64,000 nucleotides of DNA from Rebecca billardiae RCC1528 (Eukaryota; Protista; Haptophyta), in the NCBI GenBank assembly GCA_965240325.2, contig OZ251233.1:1550001-1614000 (forward strand). Reading direction: 5' to 3'. Under the pieces are notes generated by a model, which was not told where the DNA came from, did not search any database, and saw nothing but the letters and a program-made list of their open reading frames with translations. Made by a program: the position numbers and the translations under genes. Below are positions 19,934 to 31,549 of this stretch, in pieces (position 1 is the stretch's first letter; each line of letters starts with the position of its first letter).

Positions 19934-21465
19934 GCGAGGGCGGCCACGGCGGCGGCGCTGCCGAGCCGCGCGCGCGCACCGCCGAGGAGCTCGCCGCGGC
20001 CAAGCAGTCGCTCGCACGCCGCCGCCGCCTCGCCGCGAGCGCACTCGCTGAGCTTGAGGCCACAGCGCCCGCCGAGACGCGTTCTTGCGCTGGCTGCGGC
20101 CTCGGCGGCAGCGGCGGCGGCGGCGGCGGCGGCGGCGCAGACCCGCTCGATGCGTTCATGGCGGTGAACGCCGAGTCGGTGGCGGCATCGCGCGCGCGCG
20201 CGCTGCGCGCCGAGATCGCGCAGCTCGACGCCGAGCTCAGCTCCACCGGAGTCCTCCTCAGCGCCGCCACCACCGCGCTGGACCGAGCGGTGCCACTGGC
20301 GGCGCGCTCGGCGGAGGCGGGGGCAGCGGCCGTGTGGCAGCTCGGCGCTGGGGAGCCGCCGGCGAAGCGGCGGGCGATGGGCGTGGCGCCTCCGCCGGGG
20401 GCGCTCGCGCCGCCCACGGGGGAGGCGGCCGAGGCGCTCGCCGCTGGCGCAACCGCCGCCGAGTCCATGCCGCCGCCGCCACTGCCGCAGGGCGCGCGCG
20501 CTGCCGGCGGCGCCGGCGCGGCAGACTCGCGTGCCATGCCGCCGCCGCCGCTCCCGCGCCAGGCCGTGCCACCGCCGGCGCGCGAGCCGAAGGGCGGCAG
20601 AGGCGGCGCCGCTTCGGCCGCCCCCGCGGCCGATCCCACCGCCGCCGAGTCCGGGCCCTCGCTCCCGCCGAGCTCGGCCGCGGCGAGTGCTCGCGCTGCA
20701 GAGTGGGAGCGAGCGCTTGCGGCTGTGCGCGCGGAGGCGTCAGCCGGCGGCGCCGAGCTGGGTGCAGCGGGCGGCGCGGCGGGGGAGGCGGAGGCGCCCA
20801 CGCCAGGGGCCGCGCGGAGGGCGGGCAGCGCGCCGCCGGCGTTCAGCCCCAGCCCGCGCTTCTGCGGCGCGCGCGCGGGCTGCGTCTTCAAGCGCGGGGC
20901 CCAGGGCGTGGGCTACTACCGCGACGCTGCCACTGTCAGCGGTGCGGCGGGCGGCGCGGCCGCGGCCGTGGCTGGGGCGACGACGCTGAGGGTGGCCGGC
21001 GCTGCGGCGACGCGCGCGCTGGGCGGCGGGCAGGGCGGCGTCGAGGCGGGCGCGGTGGCTGATCTGGACGCACCGCCGCGGCCGCGGATGTGCGGCGGCA
21101 GCGGCGCGGGCACGGCGCGCAGCGCGGCGCTCGAGGCCGCGCAACTCGCCTCGCTCGGCGCGGCCGAGGCGGCGCGTGCCGCGGCGGTGCGGCCCGGCCT
21201 GAACGCTGCGCGCGCACCGCCCGCGCCTGCGGTGCCCGCGGGCTCTGGCCTGCCCAGCGGCGATGGCGTGGGGGGAGCGGTCGCCCGCGGTGTTGGCGCC
21301 CCTCGGCCGCCGGCTGGGCTCTCGACCTCCGCAGCGCGCGGCCGCGACGGCTCGGACGCTGGCGAGGAGGCGCGCGCGGCCGCGGATGACGCGGGCGTGT
21401 GGCAGCCGCCCGCTGGGCAGACGGGCGACGGGCGCACTGCGCTCAACGCCAAGCTAGGCTACTAG
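18892..21465 (+). CDS. SLC4A1AP: Kanadaptin-like FHA-domain protein
   Basis: N-terminal FHA (GR...HPSVSRQHA...DLGSTHGT), SGDDDFFDRT and DPLDAFM motifs, and the diagnostic C-terminus WQPPAGQTGDGRTALNAKLGY. Confidence 0.88.
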
Positions 21466-21525
21466 CAGCCACCCGGATGCTGCGGTGCGCTCGCTTATTT
21501 TACGTATAGATCGATGATGATCGAC

Positions 21526-21529
<4 letters not shown>

Positions 21530-21600
<71 letters not shown>
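21530..21600. repeat. (TA)n microsatellite
   Basis: Perfect TA run just downstream of the kanadaptin stop. Confidence 0.95.
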
Positions 21601-21602
<2 letters not shown>

Positions 21603-23372
21603 TTGTCACATATATATATTAACGACGTGGTATGCAACGGGCAGGCGTCAGAGTCACATATATTATATACCATGATATATGATATATTCATCATGCAGCC
21701 TTTCAGCAGTTGGCAGCACTCGGCTCCCGAACCACTTCAGACCGTTCAGTGCCATTGCCATTGCTATTGGGCACTTGTCGACTGTCCAGCTCGTCCGCTC
21801 TGACGAACGCTCGATCGATCCGAATATACATCAAAAATCCGATCCAGCCCGCCTCCCCGGCCCGCCCGGGGCCGGGCCGGGCTGGGGGCCGCGCGCCGGG
21901 GCCAAACTAAAACTTCAACTGCCTAGTAGTTACAGTGAACAATTCAGTTTACTATGAGAATAAGAGACGCACACAGCTCAGGCAGGCGAGATCGACGCCC
22001 GCCAACTGTCACCGCCCATGAAGCCCGTCGCCGATGGCTGCGCCGTCGGAGAATTCGTTCAGCCGTCCGCCTGCGAGGCCTGGTGATGAGGAGGGCTGCC
22101 GCGGCCGCCACACCTAATCATGCTGAACACCACTACCGCCGCTATACTCTGCCACCAACACCAACTTCGTGTCGCCTGACAGTCTGTCTGTCTCACTGTC
22201 GACGACCGGGCTCTGACGCCGACGAAATAATCAGGAGACCTGCGTCGTCCTACCTGTGTCGTTAATATGGGTTGGCGCTGCGCGTCAACTTGGGCTGGAA
22301 ACCTGTTTCTGAAACGCACGATGGCACGCCGGGCCGGTAGCCCGAGCTCGGAATTCCGACGCTGCCAACGGCGCCACAGGGGCGCAGCGGCGGGGCTGAC
22401 GACGCGCGCGCGTGTGCACGTCTGACCACGCGCTGCAATGACTGGCCCGTCTGCAGCACCACGCCCCGCGCTGTGAGTGAGAGTGTGGCCCGCGCCCAAG
22501 CGAGAACGCGGGCCGGGCGGCACTCTCCGCCGACCTCGCCGGCCGCCGACCAGCCCGCGGCCGCCTGCTGCAGCTCGTGGAACACGCAGTCGCGCGCTCG
22601 CGCGTGGATGGCGGCCCTGCGCGTATGCGCCCGCCGCGCGTGCCGCTTCATCCGCTGGCACCGCACGCGAGCCGCCCGCCGCGCGCAGTCGGCAGCTCGA
22701 GCCCTCCGCCGCCCGACCGGGCCGGCGCCACGCCTCGCGCTCGTGCTCGAGCTGAGGCGGCGCGTGTCGCCCGAGCCGGCGGGTTCGCGCGCGTGCGCGT
22801 GGTGGGCAGCCTCGCGCGTGCGCCCGCCGCGTGCCCCGCGTCGCTCGCTGGCGCCGCACGCGAGCCGTTCGTCGGACCGACCGACACGAGGGCGCCACCC
22901 TTGGATTCGTGGGCTCTCGGCTCTTGTCCTTCGGACCCAAAATGTCTAGCGAGAAAATGACGGTTCGTGCGAATGTGAAGTGTGAACTCGCGACACGACG
23001 AATGCGCCGATGCGATTCGCGCGAATGTGAGTACGCAAAGCGCGCCGAACGACGAGCGGTTTTTGTCCTATCGAGCGCGTAAGTGGGTACGCGAATTGCG
23101 CTTATTATGTGACCCCGTGGGTCGGCGGGGAGAAGGGGCGTCAAATATAACCGATTTCGGGCAACCGTGCTCATCAAAGTGATTCTCAAGCTGAAGTGAG
23201 ACTTCAACTTCATCCCCTCTTCGGAAGTGTGTTCGGAAGCCAGCTCCTAGTTCAGAACACCTTCGGTCCTATGAAGTCGAACGTCCTTTGCGAACGGGTC
23301 TCGCTTCGGTACCGCTTCGCAAACTTGACGACTCGGAGTGGCAAAGTCGTTCCGAAGCGAAGCCAAAGTACA

Positions 23373-23920
23373 CAGTCCGGGTCAAGTGCACGCTTCGCGA
23401 GATCTGAGCCTCGCGATGGCGTCGGCCGGGATGCGGCCCCGCAGCCGACGCCCCTCGGCGGAGGGCGGCGCGGCGCGGCGGCGCGAGCGATGAGGCGGCG
23501 GCGAGGTGCGCGCCTGCACGCACCGGTCGTGTGTGGCCCTGCTCCGCGCCTCCGCGGCCAAGCAGCTGCACTCCCTCGCCCGCCCGCCCGCTCGCGCGTG
23601 TGGCGTGCGCGCGCGGGGCGGCCGCGCACCCTCGCGGGGTCGCGCGCGCGTGGCACGGCCGAGGGCGGCCAGGCGGGCGCCGCGCGCGGGGGGCGTGCGT
23701 ATGACCCCAAGAGCCATCGCGCGCGCCCGGGCCACCGAGCCGGATACGGCCGCGTTGCGATTTCCGCAACCGCCAGACACGCGCGTGCTCAGAACGGCGC
23801 CCCGCGGCCCCGCGCGCGCGCGCGACGCGCGCGCAGGGCGAGGGAGCGCCGCAGGGGCTGTTTCTGGCGCGGGCAAAGAGGGGCAGGTATAGCTGACTCC
23901 CACCATCTCTTCTGACCTGG
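23373..23920 (-). repeat. 548-bp dispersed repeat, copy A (inverted relative to 26851-27398)
   Basis: Reverse complement matches 26851-27398 with only 2 substitutions seen. Ends CCAGGTCA...TGACCCGG form a short imperfect TIR. Confidence 0.9.
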
Positions 23921-24340
23921 CGGTGACGGTGGCAGGCTCGGCAGCGAGCTCGGCGGTCGGGTCGGCGGCTGTGCTGATGGCGGCGATGATGGTAGAGGGC
24001 TTGGTGGCGGAGATGTAGGCAGTGACGGTTGCGGGCTCGGCGGCGGGCTTGGTGGCGGCGACGTAGGCGGTGACAGTGGCGGGCTCGGCGACGGGCTCGG
24101 TAGCGGCGACGGTATGCAGCTGACCCGCCACCCACGGCCCGCGGCCGACGGGCCGCTTGCGGCTTGGCGGATGGCCAGAGAAGCAGACGGCCGGGCAGTC
24201 TGGGCGGCAGCGAGGGTGGTGGGGATGGACGCGGGCTCGGTGGCGGAAGCGGCAGAGGCGGGCTTGATCAGCGGGCTCGCGCGGCGGCCAGCATGGCTGG
24301 TTCGGCGCTGGCGATGGCGGTGGGAAGAGTCTGAAGGTCA
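23921..24340 (-). pseudogene. Degenerate Ser/Pro-rich (SPPP-repeat, extensin-like) coding fragment
   Basis: Minus strand reads PSPLPSPSPSPPLSPPTSPPPSPPPSPQPSLPTSPPPSPLPSSPP. The Pro-rich phase shifts frame upstream, there is no clear start, and the fragment ends at the repeat boundary. Confidence 0.45.
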
Positions 24341-26850
24341 AAGCCTCCTGGCCGGAGTAGCTCCGCGGGACTCCCCGCGTCACCCGACGGGAGGGCTGAG
24401 TTCGTGAGGGAGATCGATCGGCGTCATCACCAGGCGGTCGATCTGGTAGATCGAGTTCCACAGCAGGAGCTGACGCCGCATGTTGCAGATTAGCAGTCAC
24501 GTAACGACAACCGTATAGTAGCCGTCTACTAGATCGCGGCTGCATCACTATCGTCGCGTCATCGTCATATATATATATAATATCATTATTTTTATTCGAT
24601 CGTCTCGCGGCCCGGCAGCGGGCAGCATCCTCAGGCTCAGCTTCACAGTCGGCTGACGACTTGGCAATCAATCCTTGATAGATTGCGGTCCTTCGGCTGC
24701 GAGTGCCCGGCCAGCGCGCCCGGGGCCTGCTCCTGACGACACGCGACCTGAGACTGCCTGCCTGAGGCTCATGATGCTTATAATATTGCCGCATCCGAAT
24801 GTTGGAGGCGCCCAGTGCGTGACGGCCGGTCGTTCTAGATAGATCCGCCGCACTAAGGCCGCACGGCCGGCCGCGGGGGTTCATTGCCATTGGGCCCGGC
24901 GGTGCGGGGCGGCACTGCCCGGCTGCCCACTGCTGACCCGAGGTCGCTCCGTCACGCGGCAATTTCAGGGATGAAATTCGCGCGGGCGTTGCACGGGTCT
25001 CTGCCCGCGCGGCATGTAGGATGAGGTAAGGCTGCCTGATGTGACTGACGTGGACCACTGACCAGGCCGCGGGAGCGCAGTATATCGCTGACGCATCCCA
25101 GCAGAAACTCCAGGGGAACCCGACGATGACGGACTACTGATATGCTTCCACTGTGGCAGTGCTGCTCTACTTGCTCGTCATGAAGATCGACGACTCGTCG
25201 TGATCACTCGAGTCGTCAAGTGATAGTGATACGGACACCATATAGCCATCGCAGCACGCGCCGTTGCCGTTCGAATGCAGAATAAGTCGCACATTGTCCT
25301 GCTGACGGAGCGCATACGGTACTGAATGGCTGCTGCCGTGCAGCATGCAGTGACGTCTGATGCAGTAATTAGCAACAGCCAGCACAGCAGGAGCTCAGAT
25401 TGTGATGCTGGTACGCCGTATCATCAGCGCAGGCGCTTGTCCAAGTTGATGCCAGCGGGGCGGGTAGGACGCGGTTGACGAGTAATAGCCAGTGACGAAC
25501 TCTGCTGACGATGAGTCACGACGATGAATAGCAGGGCGGATGATGCTGCTGTGATCCGTACTCGTATAGGGATCTACACTTACAGCTAGCTACTCATGAC
25601 GATCGGACAACGCTGGTGGAGCACTAGCAGCCTACGGTCGCTGAGTAGTCTAAGTCAGTTCATCATCAAACTCGACCAGACTGGGCAGCGACGACCATCC
25701 CTCTCACTGACTCAGCCTTACTGAGGTGACGCAGCCATCCCGCAGAGCCCTGCTTCAGCATGTCCGGGCATCGGTGAGCCAGAGCCAAGCGGGTGGCCCG
25801 TGCGACAACATGGCAGCGTCAGCACCAACACCCAGAGCTTGGCCGCGCTGTGTCACCGCAAAGCTCTGACCGAGAGCGACAGTGACGCGGCGATCCCACC
25901 GCCGCGCCGCCGCCTCAGCCGTCTCACAGCCCGTCTTCGTCGGGCCGCCGAACCGTCCACCGAGCCAGCCACCGGTCTCCACCATCACTGAGCCACCGCC
26001 CGCAGCAGTCTACGTCCCGGCCAAGGCGCAGGCATCGGCCCGGCGTTTGAGCCTGCCAGCACGCCGGCCAGCGCTCTGATGCCGCGCGTCCTCGATACTG
26101 GTTGCCGAGCTGTCGCGCCGCCGTGCCCGGCAAGACACGTGGATCCGCTGCCGAGCATTCACCAGCCTCCGAACCCGCGCACGCCTCCGACCGGGGCATG
26201 CATGCACCGTCGATCTACCCAGCCGGAAGCAGCTCGACAGCCCCGCTGTGTGGCGCGCCTGCCGGTACGTCCGCTGCCTGCTCGAGGGCGAGCGCGCACC
26301 GCCTCACCTGTCGACCACGACAGCACGCCTCGCGTGCACACTCTGACGGCGAGGCCCGGGATCCGGGCGGGCGATGGCACTACCCACGCCTCCGCCAAGT
26401 CTCGGTCTGGCCGAGGGGCGCAACACTGGCCGAGCCCTTGGCCCGGCGCGCCGCCGCCAGCCTGTGCTGACAAGCCCAAGCCGTGCGCGGCAGGCATGCA
26501 CGTGAGAGCGGCGATGGGCGGCGTTGCGCGGCGCCAGGAGGGCCAGGGGCATGTCAGACTCGACTCCGCCGCGTCGCGCGCGGCCAAGCGCGCGCTCTGC
26601 ACTAGGGACGCGCGACGCGAGGCGGGCGCTGCGCACGCACGCGGCCATCCCGACCAGCGTCAAACGGGCGGCGCCAGCGGAGGGAGGTGATGTCGTCAGA
26701 CGAGAGCACCTCCCTCCGAACGAGAGCGCCTCCCAGTGGGAGGGACGTGCTCACGAGTACGAGTTCGGCTGTGCGCACTCTGTTCGCGCCGGCCGGCGGC
26801 GCACGGACAGACACACAGATCACGTCGGCTGGCAGCCAGCCGCTCTCTGA

Positions 26851-27398
26851 CCAGGTCAGAAGAGATGGTGGCAGTCAGCTGTACCTGCCCCTCTTTGCCC
26901 GCGCCAGAAACAGCCCCTGCGGCGCTCCCTCGCCCTGCGCGCGCGTCGCGCGCGCGCGCGGGGCCGCGGGGCGCCGTTCTGAGCACGCGCGTGTCTGGCG
27001 GTTGCGGAAATCGCAACGCGGCCGTATCCGGCTCGGTGGCCCGGGCGCGCGCGATGGCTCTTGGGGTCATACGCACGCCCCCCGCGCGCGGCGCCCGCCT
27101 GGCCGCCCTCGGCCGTGCCACGCGCGCGCGACCCCGCGAGGGTGCGCGGCCGCCCCGCGCGCGCACGCCACACGCGCGAGCGGGCGGGCGGGCGAGGGAG
27201 TGCAGCTGCTTGGCCGCGGAGGCGCGGAGCAGGGCCACACACGACCGGTGCGTGCAGGCGCGCACCTCGCCGCCGCCTCATCGCTCGCGCCGCCGCGCCG
27301 CGCCGCCCTCCGCCGAGGGGCGTCGGCTGCGGGGCCGCATCCCGGCCGACGCCATCGCGAGGCTCAGATCTCGCGAAGCGTGCACTTGACCCGGACTG
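26851..27398 (+). repeat. 548-bp dispersed repeat, copy B
   Basis: Near-identical inverted copy of 23373-23920. Confidence 0.9.
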
Positions 27399-27419
27399 AC
27401 AGGTCGAGTTGGTCAGCGG

Positions 27420-28381
27420 GCGGCGGCGGCGGCGAGGGCTTCTCCGGCGGCGGGGCGCGCACGGGGCACGGCGCGGCGGGAGCGGATGTGCTCGCAGAGC
27501 CGGCGCGTGTGGACGGGCTGTTGTGGAAGTGCACATGGCGCCCTCCTGCGCCGCGCGTCTTGCGCCATGCCTCTCTCGCCGCGGCTCAGGGCAGCGCGCA
27601 TGCGCGCGCTGCCTCAAGGCCAGCCTTGCCGCGCCGCAGCCGACCGCGCGCGCGCCGTGCGCGGCGTGGCCGGGAAGGAACGGGCGCGGCTGCCGGGCGA
27701 GATGGCGACCCCACGTGTGCTCGCCATGCCGCCCCGCCACGCCTTGACGACCGTGTCGTCGGTCCGTTTGCATGCCTCTTCGGCTTGTCACAAATGGCGT
27801 GCACGGCCTCGCGGTCGTGACCCTTGTCGGGACGATCATTCAGACGCAGAACGGTGCCAGACGGGCACAAGTGCTGTGCGTGCATGCGTGTCTATCACCA
27901 TACGGCCATGTAGAAGGTGCGCCATGCGACGCTTTTCTCGCGCTGATGATCGTTCATCATCTTCTTCGAGCTCAGGTCTGGCTTGTTACGACTAGTGGTC
28001 AGCCAACTCGTCAACAGCTGTGTGGATCCGTTATTGTGCCCTTTCGCGGCGTCGCGGGGCGGCATGGCATGCGCGTATGGTGTCGCCATCTCGCCCGGCA
28101 GCCGCGCCCGTTCCTTCCCGGCCACGCCGCGCACGGCGCGCGCCGGTCGGCTGCGGCGCGGCACTAGGCTGGCCTTGAGGCGGCGCGCGCATGCGCGCTG
28201 CCCTGAGCCGCGGCGAGAGAGGCGTGGTGCAAGACGCGCGGCGCAGGAGGGCGCCACGTGCATTTCCACAACAGCCCGTCCGCACGCGCCGGCTGTGCGA
28301 GCACATCCGCTCCCGCCGCGCCGTGCCCCGTGCGCGCCCCGCCGCCGGAGAAGCCCTCGCCGCCGCCACCGCCGCCGCCGC
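27420..28381. mobile_element. Foldback-type element: ~325-bp inverted arms around a ~300-bp core, related to the interior of the 7818-9766 transposon
   Basis: Arms ~27420-27743 and ~28048-28381 are reverse complements. The core (ttgtcgggacgatcatt...catcatcttcttcgagctcaggtctggctt...actcgtcaacagctgtg) is shared with 8960-9185. Confidence 0.8.
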
Positions 28382-28938
28382 GGCACAAGCGAACCCGATT
28401 GGGCAAAGTGCTCCCAACGTGCTGGAAGCCAGCTTCTCAGAAGAGGGGTCACCGCTTTGACACGTGTTCCGCTTCGCAAGGGCGTTCCCGGGATCCTGCC
28501 ACACGCTCCCGAAAAGCAAAGCCCCCCCTGGGGGGGCTTTGCCTTTTTCCGTATTCAATGTACCCGGTTCAAATGGACGAAGCCCGTTCCAATAGGAAGA
28601 TGGTTCAATTTGGCGTATGACCGATGCGAGGAACGCCCCTGCTTCCAAAGGGAACGCAAATCGCAAGCTCACTTCGCTCTAGGATTCGACAGAAGCTTTG
28701 GAAGTCGAAGTCGGTTCGACTTGACTTTCCAATCTGAAGTCACACAATCAGACTTTATGAGCACGGTTGCCCGAAATCGGTGATAAAGGGGTGCGACGGG
28801 CTGGTCCCCAGCGTGTTACGAAGTCGTGCCTTTGTTCTCGTGGGTTTCCAGAATTAATGAGTACAGTCTGCTTTTTGATTCCTCTGGCTGCGAAATCTGA
28901 TGAAACCTCGACACGCCCGCACGCGAGGAGCCCGGGTG

Positions 28939-30039
28939 ATGGCGTCGCATGGACGATCCTTGGCAACCGCTCTACTCCTACTGGGCAGCGCGTCGGCGGG
29001 ACGATCGCTGAGCCTTGTCTACGTGCACATAGGGAAGGCCAGTGGCGGGAGCGTGGTCCAAGGGCTCAGGCGGCTGTGCATCAGCGGCCTCGTGGACGAG
29101 GTGATCGCTGTCCACACGTGCAAAGCGAGCAATAATGCCACGCACAAGCTGCGGCCGCTTCTCCCCTGCACCATGGTGCACGTTGGCGGCCCGCTCATCG
29201 AGAGCAATCACACCGCCTGCTCCAGCTCGATCGAGATCACGAGCAGGAGCACGCCTCTCTTCTCCCGTGCCGACATGCTCGCCCAGAGGGCGCAGCACGC
29301 GCCCATCTTGCTGTGGGTCCGAGACCCGGTCTCTCGGTTCGCCTCGTGCTGGGGCAACATGATGGCGCTCGCCGATCGACATGACGTGTCGAAGGTCACG
29401 ATCGCGCAATGGGCGAGTCGCGCCGAGAAGTTCGTGAACACCACTCTCCCCGCCATCCAGCAGCGCATCCCTGGGCTCGAGCGCCTGAGCGAGCTGCACG
29501 TGCGCACAGACCTCCAGAGCCTGCTGGAGGTGATCGCCGCCAGCCCACACGCACACGAGGCGATGCAGCAGGTCTTTGATAACGTGCCGCATGCCCGCAC
29601 CGGCATCGCGTACTACATGGGCGGCACGGAGGGGCTCGAGCGCGTGCGCCCACGGCTGGCATTCGTCGGTACGACGGAGCGTTTTGACGAGAGCTGGAAA
29701 GCGATGATGCCTGCGCTCTCGCGTGCGTTTGGCTGGAGTGAACGGCACGGGCCAAGCTCCGAGCCCGCTGCGCCGTTGCTTAAGCGCATGCACGTCTCAT
29801 CGAGCGGGCACGCACGCAGTTCGCTGTCTGCGGCCTCCGTCCGCTTTCTGCGCGGCTACTTTGCAGCTGACCTCGAGTGCATCGCTCTGCTCTCCGAGTG
29901 GGAGCTGCTTCCGCGCTCGTACGCGGTCGAGGTGGGGGCGGTCACGGGCGCGTCGACGACGTACGTGTACGAGGCGTCGTCGCTTCCGAGGCCCGACGAC
30001 GCGCCCAAGGCCGACGGGCGGCAGTATAGAACCTTCTAA
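28939..30039 (+). CDS. Sulfotransferase-family protein (secretory pathway)
   Basis: Signal peptide, YVHIGKASGGSV (5'-PSB), WVRDPVSRFASCW (3'-PB) and FVGTTERFDES. Confidence 0.8.
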   Translation: MASHGRSLATALLLLGSASAGRSLSLVYVHIGKASGGSVVQGLRRLCISGLVDEVIAVHTCKASNNATHKLRPLLPCTMVHVGGPLIESNHTACSSSIEITSRSTPLFSRADMLAQRAQHAPILLWVRDPVSRFASCWGNMMALADRHDVSKVTIAQWASRAEKFVNTTLPAIQQRIPGLERLSELHVRTDLQSLLEVIAASPHAHEAMQQVFDNVPHARTGIAYYMGGTEGLERVRPRLAFVGTTERFDESWKAMMPALSRAFGWSERHGPSSEPAAPLLKRMHVSSSGHARSSLSAASVRFLRGYFAADLECIALLSEWELLPRSYAVEVGAVTGASTTYVYEASSLPRPDDAPKADGRQYRTF

Positions 30040-30268
30040 GACGAGTATATATATTCCTCGGCTGAGATCGGCCGGGGGCCGCGCGGAATATCGAGGCAGT
30101 ATAATAATAATAACGGATATTATAAGCGCCGCGCCGGTTGAATCACGTAAAATTGACCAGTGACAGACAGTAGGCGAGTAGCTAGCGCCTTTATATATTT
30201 ATTTATAGCGCAGGCTACACCCGTACACCGCGCCGTGGCCACCGGCTACGACCGGCCACCGGCCCGGC

Positions 30269-30518
30269 CCCCGGCCCGGGCCCCCGCGCCGCGGCGGAGG
30301 TATGATGCCGGATAGCTAGCCCGCATATATACGACTGATGATGATACAGTTATAAACGGTATTGACTATTCAGTCAATACTCTGACCCCGGCCCGGGCCC
30401 CGCCGCGGCGCGCCGCGCCGCGGCGGAGGTATGATGCCGGATACTGATACGCCATACGGCTAGCCCGCATATACGATGACTGATGATGATACAGTTATAA
30501 ACGGTATTGTACTCTGAC
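30269..30518. repeat. Two-copy tandem duplication (~120-130 bp units) differing only by indels
   Basis: ccccggcccgggcccc...ggaggtatgatgccggata...tgatgatacagttataaacggtattg...tactctgac occurs twice. Confidence 0.9.
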
Positions 30519-30635
30519 TCCGCTTGTAACTTAGTACGTACCGTCGTAGTCATATATATATCTAGAGCTACTGCCTGAGACTCGGTACTAACGTGAACTG
30601 ATACGCGACGTGACTGAGTATTCTGTATTGCGCGA

Positions 30636-30772
30636 TCGAGCTTGGAGAGAGAGACTGCTGCTCAGACTCGATCGTCCGGAGCACGGAGCTGCGCGATAAA
30701 CTCGCCAGTCGCCGGCCGTGCGGCTCTCCGCTCTGCCAACGGACAACGGCCTGAGACTCTGCGGCACTGTCT
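30636..30772 (-). repeat. Dispersed 3'-flank repeat, copy A (137 bp)
   Basis: Reverse complement aligns to 35304-35464. Confidence 0.9.
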
Positions 30773-30808
30773 CGGAGCAGCTTAATTCGCGGAGTCCCGC
30801 GCCGAATG

Positions 30809-31279
30809 TCATAGGTGCAAGTGGTAGGCATGTTCGACGAATAGGCTCACGAGGGACGCGAGTGTGTGCCAGAGCACGTGTGTCACACGGTAGGCGCGCA
30901 GATTCGCTCGCTTGCTGGCGATCGAGCCCGCCGCCTTGCAGCTGAGCGGCAGCGCAGCCAGGAGGAGCACGAGCCACGGCGGCAGGCAGCGCGCCGCGCG
31001 TAGGACCTCCATGAGCACGTTGGCCGTGGCGCACCAGCGGTCGGCCACGTGCCACATCGAGGGCAGGCCGCAGTACACGTGGTCGGACATGAAGGAGGTC
31101 AGCGCCTGCGCCGGCCAGCGCCACCACAGCCGCCGGTCGACGAGTGCGGGCGCGCTGAAGAGGAGGCATGACGCACCCACGAGCGGGTGCGGCTGGTGGC
31201 CCCACGGCAGCACGGATTGGATCGTGAGAAGCGAGTGCGCGTGGCGCACGAGTATGTCTGCAAACGCCGTGCCCACCAT
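30809..31279 (-). CDS. Small multi-pass membrane protein, CREST-superfamily-like
   Basis: Hydrophobic ORF with SFMSDHV, WHVADRW and HVLWH His motifs. Confidence 0.6.
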   Translation of the reverse strand: MVGTAFADILVRHAHSLLTIQSVLPWGHQPHPLVGASCLLFSAPALVDRRLWWRWPAQALTSFMSDHVYCGLPSMWHVADRWCATANVLMEVLRAARCLPPWLVLLLAALPLSCKAAGSIASKRANLRAYRVTHVLWHTLASLVSLFVEHAYHLHL

Positions 31280-31549
31280 TCGATTGCGAGTCGCCCGCCC
31301 GCGGAACAGCCGCGTCGCGTCAGCCGCGCAGGCGCGCAGTGCGCATGTGCGCAAGTGTGCAGCGGCACACGGGTGACGACACGGCCAATCTGAAATCGGT
31401 CAAGCCGCTCCGGCTGGTCCGGGCCGGACCGGGCGCGCGCCGCCCGGTTGCAGGGCGCGCGCGCGCATCGCGCACCCAGCGCCAAGAGCCTTCGCGCGAC
31501 CGCCGCGACGGGCCAGTGGGCGTGAGCCTGTGACGCGAATACCGTCTCG

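Noticed and set aside
23382-25058. 558-aa minus-strand ORF
   Set aside because: It runs through spacer DNA, the off-frame of the SPPP fragment and the 548-bp repeat; not a coherent protein.
26855-27402. Introner-like intron (CAG|GTC...CTGACAG|GTC)
   Set aside because: The second copy (23373-23920) lacks the terminal AG, the donor is not the GTGCG type seen in real introns here, and no flanking exons are evident.
28400-28750. tRNA or tRNA-derived SINE (GTTCGA motifs)
   Set aside because: No cloverleaf or properly spaced A/B boxes could be built.
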